From Microthyrium microscopicum (Eukaryota), in the NCBI GenBank assembly GCA_010405405.1, contig MU004237.1, forward strand, positions 1,561,345 through 1,625,344: a stretch of DNA of 64,000 nucleotides. The letters run 5' to 3'. Positions 55,601 to 64,000 of the stretch are shown here, piece by piece. A program made the translations under genes and the position numbers. Numbering within the stretch: the stretch's first letter is position 1; each line of letters starts with the position of its first letter. The notes below the pieces were generated by a model. The model did not search any database. It saw only the letters and a program-made list of their open reading frames with translations, and was not told the origin of the DNA.

Positions 55601-56579
55601 TTTAAGCAGTATTGAGTGTACGGACGTATGGATAGTCGTGATAGTGCTCAAAGATAGGTCTAATGTCGTGGAGTTGGAATTCGCCGAACGTCGTTGAAGT
55701 AAGGTTTGACCAGATTGGCAAGCACCACCGACATTAACCCAAAAACGGAAGGAACGGTTCGAAATCTAGAGTCGCACCTGCCTTTTATGACTTGGTAGCA
55801 ATATGTCTCTATCCGGTTTTCTAGTACGTCGAGATACATACACGCTTGCATCACTAAAGCATGTAGAGCAACCATCTATATGCCCAAGGTTATAGAACCC
55901 CTTCGCAAGGCTTCCATCAGACGTGCCTTAGGAGCGTGCAAGAAAACCTCGTTTCTCGTTAGCAGCGAAGATGGCTCGTGTTCTTTGGCATCTTCGCTGA
56001 CTGTTGGGGCGAACGACAAGAGGCTGATGGATGATCTGACAGAAGCCGTTGAACTGGCTGTCGTTCTTACCAGTATTGGTTAGATGACCAGATTCGATTA
56101 CTCTGCTCATCCGCAAGCACCACTCAACCATGAACAGGTTTTCAACTTCTTCCGGAAGATTGCTGCTAGTCAGGCAATGTTCTGTACCACCAACGACTCA
56201 AGGCGATATCACCATCTCCATGCTACGCATTCTGGGCTTTTTTCGGTCCACAGCTACTCATGATACGCCAAGAGATACCTGATAAGTCGAAAGAGAAGTC
56301 TCACGATCAAAAGATGACTGTTGGTATATGGATCTCGAAGTTACACATCACTGCAGTCACTGCTTGTGAGTAAACACAATATGGCTCGATTCGATTTTGT
56401 TTAGAAGCCATTGTGCCATTGGTTTGCATGATGATTACAAAATGCTTTCTCAATGGGCAAGTAAGATAACATGTTTTTCTGAAAGTGAACAGCAAACAAT
56501 CAACAGCGCAACTAACAATATTACTGACAATCTCATCCCGGGCAGAATTTCCAAGCAGCAACATTTCAGTCTTCACATA

Positions 56580-57500
56580 CTACGCTCCTTTTGCCGCCTG
56601 CGGTTGTGTTACAGGCGCATCGTACTTCCTCAAGATAGGAGTCAGCGTCTTGTCAACCTCAGCAAGCATCAACTCCTTCAACTTAGGCAAACTCTCCGGT
56701 CGCTCCTTATACATCTTCTGATACTTCGCCGCAATCGGCTCCAATGCATTCAGGAGCTCCGTATCTTCTGCCTGCACCTCTCTGTGATTCCCACGGTTGG
56801 TCCCAAAGATGCCTTCGATTATATCCAGTGGCTTGCCTCCTAGGATGGTTGTCTCAATGCCGCCTATGATATCTCCGATGCCACCAGCAATCGTACCGAG
56901 TCCTTGAGTGACGTGGTTGCCGCCACTGGTGGTATATCTGGGTGGGCCTCTATCGTCATATGGGCGAGGTCGATCATCGTAGGGGCGCGGTGGTGGTCTA
57001 TCATCATAGGGCCGTGGCGGTGGCCTGTCGTCGTACGGCCGTGGCGGTGGTCGATTGTCCCGGCCGCAGTCTCTGTCGCGGGAGTCTCTGCAGTTGTAGC
57101 CTGAATCTCTAGAATCGCGATATCCACCATCTCTCGAGTCGCGGTAGTCAGAGTCGCGGGAGTCACGATAGCCACCGTCTCTCGAGTCGCGGTTCCCTCC
57201 GTCTCTTCCGTCTCTTCCGTCTCTCGAGTCACGATAGCCAGGCCCGTTGTTATTTCCAGGTCTGTTGTCATTCCAGGGACCACCATTTTGTGCCCATGGA
57301 GGGCCATTCCAGCCGCCGCCGTTTTGCGCCCATGGTGGTCCATTGTTGCCTCGCTGCCAGGGGGGACCACCGGACCAACCGTTACCATTCGTGGGATCAT
57401 GGGCTGTCATGTCGGGCGCTGCCTCGACAGAGGTTGATGTTGGGAGCGCCATGCCTAGGGTTAGGAAAGGGGCGGCGAAAAGGAGAGATTTGAACGCCAT
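56580..57500 (-). CDS. Secreted repeat-rich protein (GPPW, RDSRDGGY and RPPPRPYDD repeats)
   Basis: 306-aa ORF with signal peptide MAFKSLLFAAPFLTLGMA; TATA-like TATAAA upstream at ~57645-57650 on the minus strand. Confidence 0.8.
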   Translation of the reverse strand: MAFKSLLFAAPFLTLGMALPTSTSVEAAPDMTAHDPTNGNGWSGGPPWQRGNNGPPWAQNGGGWNGPPWAQNGGPWNDNRPGNNNGPGYRDSRDGRDGRDGGNRDSRDGGYRDSRDSDYRDSRDGGYRDSRDSGYNCRDSRDRDCGRDNRPPPRPYDDRPPPRPYDDRPPPRPYDDRPRPYDDRGPPRYTTSGGNHVTQGLGTIAGGIGDIIGGIETTILGGKPLDIIEGIFGTNRGNHREVQAEDTELLNALEPIAAKYQKMYKERPESLPKLKELMLAEVDKTLTPILRKYDAPVTQPQAAKGA

Positions 57501-58113
57501 CGTAAGTTATATGCGTCAAGCTGGCTGTTGATTCAATGGGCACAAGAGTGAGATATAGCAAAGAATTGGAAGCCGCTTTGGTTTCAAGAGGCTTGAGGAG
57601 CAACCAACAGTGAATTATTAGGAGACTAATCAATCCGCCCTGGCTTTATACAAGATGCCGGAGACCAAATGACCACTTCATCACTCAGCCTTATCATCTA
57701 TTTCTAGGGGGCGATTTCGATCAAAATATATTGATGCTCATCGAGATTCGGCGGTATAATTAGGGTCGAGTGACCATTTGAGAATGGTAAATTTTCCTCA
57801 TCTGGACGGGATAGAAGGTTCAATGTAGTATTTGGCTGATATAGAGCTACTACTATGCGTGATTCGCCATTACCATCGATCACAAGGAAATAGGTCTTGC
57901 TTGTTGAGCAGTGGGGCGGATATTTGTATGAAGTAACCCAATGCCAAAGTAGATTATCAAAGTGTTCTTGAAATAGAGCTAGGTAATTATCTTTGGGCCT
58001 GCCACAAGTTCATCGTCAGAGATAGAAGAAATACTTGCCAGAGGTGCTTCTCTGATGTTATGCATTAGTTCTCAAATGAATACGTCGACCGTTAAGTCTC
58101 CAATCAGGACTTG

Positions 58114-58586
58114 TTACTCAGTGACCAGCAAAATATAGAGTTTGACCCTAGGGACTACGATTTTTGCCCTTATGGAGTTGACATGTTCTTGGCTCAATGA
58201 GGCGGGTTTTGAAGACGAAGTTCTAAGTTGGAGCTCTTGTAATACATAACTGAGTATTGCCATGATGGTTTCAGCAGGAATATCAACGGAATACTGGGAG
58301 ACGATTGCATCCTGGTTTCTCATCGCCAACAGATCGGAAGTCTGGTAAAGTCCTAGTATATCTGTATCGTTCAAAGCATGTAGTTGCGATATTCAGTGAA
58401 CTTGGCCCTACTTACCTGCATGAAGAACTACTTCCAGTGGCGTTGAGCCCAGAAGCGAAATAAACTTTTGGATAGAACTATGATCGTTTCAGGGTTTCTG
58501 CGATGGTCGCAAGGGTGGGGCTTGTTCCATATTCATAATTACCTTCTAGTGACTCCAAGACTTTGAAGTGAACTATCATTGACCAT
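58114..58586 (-). CDS. Candidate small orphan gene, 3 exons (58586-58543, 58477-58416, 58361-58114), ~117 aa
   Basis: Two GT-AG introns of 65 and 54 nt join in phase to give MVNDSSLQSLGVTRSSIQKFISLLGSTPLEVVLHADILGLYQ...; no recognised domain. Confidence 0.4.
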
Positions 58587-58969
58587 TGCTTTTAGATAGG
58601 GTCGGAGTCTTGGAGGACAGGAGGGCGCCAACCTCTAAGTGCACCATGAGATATAGTTAAAGATGAATTTATTGGCTCACATCTAAAGTATTTACCCCGA
58701 ATTGACACCAATTCATGTTATTCTTGACTCATTGTTGAGTACTGATTAAGGAAAATGTCAAATTCACCAACATATCGTGACGAGGGGCTTCGCCTCCAGA
58801 GTCAATATTTGGCCCCCACTGGGTTTTCTTGCATCACCTCAAATTTCCAGGCAGCAGTTGTCTACATAAATATTAACATGAACTAAGAGGCAGACGAGAA
58901 CCATCTAAGAATGGCTGAGATACAGAACTAACAGCTCAATCGATAGGAGGGGTGGATCAGCAAAACGCC

Positions 58970-60369
58970 ATGGACACCCAACCTCATCTGAAAATCTTCA
59001 ATACTCCCCAGAAGCATGACGCCAGGTTTCCTCTCTTCACCAAGTTGCCCCCAGAGATCCGCTTCATGATATGGCAATGTGCTCTCCAGCGAAATCGAAT
59101 CATCAAACTGTCCCTGAGACCCCTGTCTGTCGCAGATGGCGCAGACACTGGCTCCTACATCGATGGCACTGAGCGATACCATCTCATCGTCAACGGGATC
59201 CAGCTCCAGAGTAAGATCTTTCAGGTCAATCGCGAATCGAGAGAAGCTGCCCTTGTCTTTTATCGAGTTCATCTACCTTGCCAATTCCCCTTTAAGCCAC
59301 GTGAAAAGGATATCATGAAGTGGGCGCAAGGGGTTTTCCACTATAATCCTGAATGGGACTTTCTTAGTATATACTCCCGAGGCGGTAAGCACCACGACAT
59401 CCGAAGTTTCGCGAATTTCCTCCACCGCCTGAAGAACGATGATCCAAAACACGTTGGGCTATTGCATCTTGCTGTTAACAGATTTGATACCTTTTATAAT
59501 CTTACTCGATACAAGGTTGCCAGTGAAGGGAATCGGGATAGGGACCCCCACGATGTGAGTTTCGTTTATCATGTTATACCTGTTCGATCAGAACCGAGGA
59601 CTACGAAAAGTCCTACAACTGAACGATTCAGACGACTGAAGAGTCCAGATATCCACAACACCTATCAATTCTCAAAGCTGTACCCTTGCACTAACATCGC
59701 CAGGATCCTCCAGTCCTGGAAGCAAACCATCTCAAGGCCATATACGATACACTGGATCAACTACAAGAAGTCTTTTTCATTTGCACACCACAAACCTCCG
59801 GCCGACGGAAAATGGCCGCAAAACCTGATGGTACTGGAGGTCACATCATGGGCACTGCTTTCTTCAATCGCGCTCATCCAATCTGGAACAGCACGCTGGC
59901 CACATTCGACCGATTGGAGCGAGATCCTCGCCTCATACCCAAAGACTTGGAAAAGGTTTCTGTTCGCCACCAGTGGGGCGAAATACAGTCGCGAGACATG
60001 CTTCAAAGTTGGCAAAGGATGCTGAAACACTGCGGTATCAATGAGCCATTACAGGCGAAATACACATTCCTGTTAGCCACAGTACCTCAAGCTGCATTTG
60101 CAAACCATGTATTTGGACAGAAGACCGCTAGAGAAATGCTCAAACATGAAGATAGTCGGGTCATTGCGATGCCATATGATGAAGCGTCGACCAAGCGATA
60201 CGAGGAGCAGAGTTCGAGAGGAATTGAGAATGTTTTTGGTTTCTGGCTGTTTTCATTGGATTCCCCGAGTGCACTACTTGAAAAGACTGATGGAGACGAT
60301 GGCGATTTATGCAAATTCTTGGATTTGTCGAATAATTGGCCTGGACTTGGGGTATTTGACTTGCCATAA
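58970..60369 (+). CDS. 2EXR-domain-like fungal protein; intron 59555-59703
   Basis: FPLFTKLPPEIRFMIWQCAL...RIIKL...VNRESREAALVFYRVHLPC...YNPEWDFL. The intron GTGAGT...CTAAC...CAG joins this in frame to ORF 59812-60369. Confidence 0.75.
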
Positions 60370-60590
60370 CTGGTCGTAAAAGGTTAATATCACATACAAG
60401 TTAACCCTTTGAAGTGGTTTGAATTCTTGTCGAGGCCTGATCAAAATATAATTCATTGATGCTATATCGTATTCGGTTGCATAACCCATACCGCATCCAT
60501 TTTATCCAAACATGAAACGCTAATCCATCAATGCATATCCTCCAACACGCTCATTTCTTCAGAACCCGTCACTTTGTTCCAGTCCGTCCA

Positions 60591-61952
60591 TCAGAACTTT
60601 CCGCCTTCTATATCCCCGTTCACTATATACAGCGGCGACACCTGCGGCATAGCAGGCAGATAGCTGTCTCTATCACCGAACGGATCTACGGTAGTATCTC
60701 TCCGTGAATAGCTGTGTTCATAGTACCCCGACACATAGCTCTGCACACTTGGACTCTGCCGATGTGTTGGCGTGCGCGGCATGGGCGGTAGCTGTGGTAC
60801 TGGTGGCACCTCCTCGAAAGACATTGTTGGTGGGCGATTCGCAGGCCTCACTGGCGCAGTGCTCGCGTTGCTGTTACTTCTACTACGCAACGTCGATGTG
60901 GCCAGTGTGTTCTGGCTGCTCGCCGTGTTACTGCGGGAGCGCAGTGGCGCGGGGACGAGTGTTTCGTTGCCAGAGACCGCGGAGTGGGCGGAGTGGGTAG
61001 TGCGTGCGGTCGCGCCGGACCCGGTACGGGATATCCGGCCGGGTACAGTGTTGGTTGCTCGGCGGGAGTAATAGTCCGAGGTAGATGTGTTGAGGGACCA
61101 GTTCTGACTGTCGTCTTGGAAGTTGGGTTGTTCGTACCATGGGGATTGTCGCCAGTGTTTGTCATCAGGGAAGAGGTCGAGACGTGTAGCGGTCTTGCGG
61201 GCCTCCTTGGCCGAGATGAGCTTAGGTGCTGGCCCCGTTGGAAGAGGTGGTTGGATGGGTGTTAGCTGGGGTCGAGTGGGTTCGCTTTGGTAGGCCGGGA
61301 TGGTGGATTTGAGTGGGTAGTTAGAGACTGTCGATTTGCGGTCCGGCGCGGCATTGTGATATTGGGGCATTTGAGGCTGGATGGGTTGGGAAGCTTGTCG
61401 TACTTCGCGGTGCAATTGGGGCATTTGTTGCGTTTCGTTAAATTGCGGCAGCTTTGGCTGTCGAAGTTGCTGTGGTTGATATTGAAGTATCGTCTGTTGT
61501 TGAAGTTGCTGCTGTTTTTGATATTGCGACATGACTTGTTGCTGATGTTGCGGTTTTTCATTATATGATGGCATCTGTTGTTGATAGTGACCATGCTTCT
61601 CTTGATACTGCACAGGTTCTCTGGTTGTAGCGGTAGTTGAAGGTGGAGTGCTCATTGGAGATATTCCTTTTGGCACCATGACCACCTTTGGAGGTTTCCG
61701 ACCACCACAGCATGATATACATTGTCGTATTAGAAAGTTAAGAATTATGATTAGGAAGACCAGACCAAAGAAACCAGCAATTGAGAACGCGACGATATAA
61801 GATGTCTGATTCGCCTTTGGTGACAAGCTGTTGGTATTGTTTGTCGTTCCGTTTGAGGCTGATGTTGCTGATGGATCGAGGCCTGTTGCAACTGCGACCG
61901 TCACAGTGGCCATGGTAGTTGGACTACTACTCATCGTGGTAGGGTCGCTCAT
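60591..61952 (-). CDS. Single-pass membrane protein with Ser/Thr-rich N-terminus and Gln/Pro-rich disordered tail
   Basis: ATG at 61952 (MSDPTT); TM segment IVAFSIAGFFGLVFLIIILNFLI followed by RQCISCCGGRK. Confidence 0.7.
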   Translation of the reverse strand: MSDPTTMSSSPTTMATVTVAVATGLDPSATSASNGTTNNTNSLSPKANQTSYIVAFSIAGFFGLVFLIIILNFLIRQCISCCGGRKPPKVVMVPKGISPMSTPPSTTATTREPVQYQEKHGHYQQQMPSYNEKPQHQQQVMSQYQKQQQLQQQTILQYQPQQLRQPKLPQFNETQQMPQLHREVRQASQPIQPQMPQYHNAAPDRKSTVSNYPLKSTIPAYQSEPTRPQLTPIQPPLPTGPAPKLISAKEARKTATRLDLFPDDKHWRQSPWYEQPNFQDDSQNWSLNTSTSDYYSRRATNTVPGRISRTGSGATARTTHSAHSAVSGNETLVPAPLRSRSNTASSQNTLATSTLRSRSNSNASTAPVRPANRPPTMSFEEVPPVPQLPPMPRTPTHRQSPSVQSYVSGYYEHSYSRRDTTVDPFGDRDSYLPAMPQVSPLYIVNGDIEGGKF

Positions 61953-63512
61953 TGCCCCGAATTTAAACGAAATTACAGGCGATCCAATAGAATCCTTGAG
62001 GCACTGTTTCAGCCAATGGCGCAATAGATGGCATAAAGAAATCTCCGATATTTGACGAACGAATGAATGAATGTAGTTAATATAAAGAGCGATTGTTATA
62101 TGATGAATGAATGCATAATGTAAAAAGGAATACAGAAACAGCAACGAAGGAGACGCATCAGGAGAAAAAATCAGCAGCCAGTGGAGTAACTGTGGACGCG
62201 ATCGCCTTAAAGTCCAATTCCGGAGAGAAAGCACTCATCGCGTTGAAGGCTTGAAATGGGTGCAAGATTCATGGTTCAAATCTTCTGGCTTCTAGACGGT
62301 AGCTAGCCGCAAAGTACAATACGAGTTAGCCTGGGGCAGAATTGGGTGAAGTTGAACGCCATGGCGAGAATAATCACGTTGGGTTTGCTGAATCTAGATG
62401 GCTGACGGTGGAGGAACAATACGCTAAGCGTACAAGGCGACGCCCCCTAAAGAGTGGAGCGCTGAAGAACATTCTTGAGAACGTGGTATAGAAGAATTGT
62501 AGTACCCCAATTTGGTTGTAAATTCCCGAGTGATTATTCGGGAAACGTTGTAAGAAGATCCAAACTTGCTGCGATTATGCGATAGGAGATGTTGTCCTTC
62601 GAATCCACTAGTGTTGAGGTCAAAGTAGGGAATGAAGAGCAAATCTTGGCAGCCTTGAAGGTTAGAGGCTCTTAAAGTACGGAGCTGTGATTTGTGGGGT
62701 CTCCATAATGATCGGAGACACGAAAACACGCACGACACGCGTGAGATATTTTTATGCTTTGATTCTCAAGACGCTAGAATCAATCCACGCGTTTGTCAAG
62801 AAGGCTAATTCGTGGGGTTAGTATGATCTCGACTGCTTGTCCTTCCAACATCTTCTTGATGTTCAGGAGTCAGGAGTTCAGGTCGTTTCTGGAGTTCGGA
62901 CAGAAGGAAGCTCGCAAGAAGGTGGCTTTGAAGTTGTCAACGTTCGAGCTCCACTTCAATTGTCACAATGGGGTCCAAAATACAAAATGTCCAACCATCG
63001 CAGCAGGCGTAGGACCAGATTGTGAATTGACTCTCAGGCGATAAACCCAAGCAAACCGGGGGTACAGAACCAGAAGAGATATTGGTGAAGCTGCAAAGAC
63101 ATGTAAATGATCAAGGTAACAAGCTGATGTGTGAGGAGAGCTGCGAGAGTAGGGAGCATCTTGATCTGTATGACGTCGACTTGCCCACATCTGACTACTC
63201 TTGAGTGGTGACACGACAGCTTCTTATTCTCTGTAATCCGAGTATATACTTATGATCTTTCCATAGGAGATGAAGCACTCGATGATACATCATCATGAAA
63301 GACAGACATAACTGGTAGCATTGAAGTTGAACATTGAAGAGCAGGAACCACGTGCGACATCTGGATACCCCTTATCGGCCCGATCACGGCAATCTACCCG
63401 CACATCTGCGTTCCGGAGGCACGTGCAGTCCTCCACAGGCAGCCGCAGCTCCATCTCTAACATCGTCCTTCATTTATCCTGCTTGCTGGTTTATTCTTTT
63501 AACCATGGCATT

Positions 63513-63788
63513 ATGGCTACGCGCATACCCTTCCCTCGCGATCCCGAACAGTTCGATAAAGACGACCGAGTCTCGTTCGACAAAATTGAAAACAAATGGA
63601 TTCTGGAAGATGATTTCGATCAATCAGAGTGGGAATTCAACGAACTCGTAGGGAAATGGGTTGCCGTCCAACAGATAGATGCGACCGTACTTGAACGTTA
63701 TAATCAGGCGTATGCGGTTCCTGGTGTATCCGATGAGGCGGAGACTGCGGCAACGAAGCGCAAGCGTGAACAACTGGCAAATGGAGAG
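63513..63788 (+). CDS. First exon of a probable U2 snRNP-associated splicing factor Cus2/Tat-SF1 homolog; gene continues beyond the window
   Basis: FPRDPEQFDKDDRVSFDKIENKWILEDD..EWEF...KWV...QAYAVPGVSDE..KRKR matches the recalled fungal Cus2/HTATSF1 N-terminus. Donor GTAAGA at 63789; the RRMs are not in the window. Confidence 0.65.
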
Positions 63789-64000
63789 GTAAGAATCCAT
63801 GGCGCAAAACCATCTTGGTGTTTCCCCATTAGCAGAGCATGTTATCGCGACCATTGAGTGGTATAGGAACTACATGGCGGCAGCCAGAGCCAAGATCATG
63901 GGGCTTTCAGCAAGGATCTATATAGCATGTATAACAGACACCCGTAGCACTCAGTGGCCATCATAACATGTTCTCCTCAACTTAATTGATCGCTATTAGG

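Noticed and set aside
55200..56300. Coding-like minus-strand fragments interrupted by stops
   Set aside because: May be a pseudogene relic, but no family is recognisable and no coherent splice model was found.
62300..63250. Short ORFs between the membrane-protein gene and the Cus2-like gene
   Set aside because: Multiple stops in all frames and no motif; cannot support a gene call.

Overview
Intron-containing genomic DNA from a filamentous ascomycete (short GT-AG introns with CTRAY-type branch points); no rRNA, tRNA, CRISPR or intact transposon was recognised. Conserved genes: GCN20-type ABC-F (3' part), PRP43 helicase, a ~3,200-aa Trp/Gly- and charge-rich repeat protein, and the 5' end of a CUS2/Tat-SF1-like splicing factor. 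Accessory genes: an AA12-like PQQ dehydrogenase with a GC-AG intron, F-box-like and 2EXR proteins, two MDR oxidoreductases, a secreted flavin amine/L-amino-acid oxidase and a secreted repeat protein. Two items stand out. (1) A gene of about 16 exons at 23217-25353, which the ORF track shows only as fragments. Spliced by hand it encodes a signal peptide followed by four inhibitor-cystine-knot (C-C-CC-C-C) modules, two 4-Cys modules and one apparently decayed module, with KR (Kex2-type) sites before two modules, so it is a candidate multi-knottin peptide precursor. (2) A compact five-gene putative catabolic cluster at 28215-39147 (DszA/NtaA-like monooxygenase, Dur3-like transporter, MDR reductase, Gpr1/Fun34 transporter, DszC/SfnB-like oxygenase) with a shared TCGCGG(G)AA intergenic motif. 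All gene models were spliced by eye and need RNA-seq confirmation. Family calls rest on recalled motifs, not database searches.
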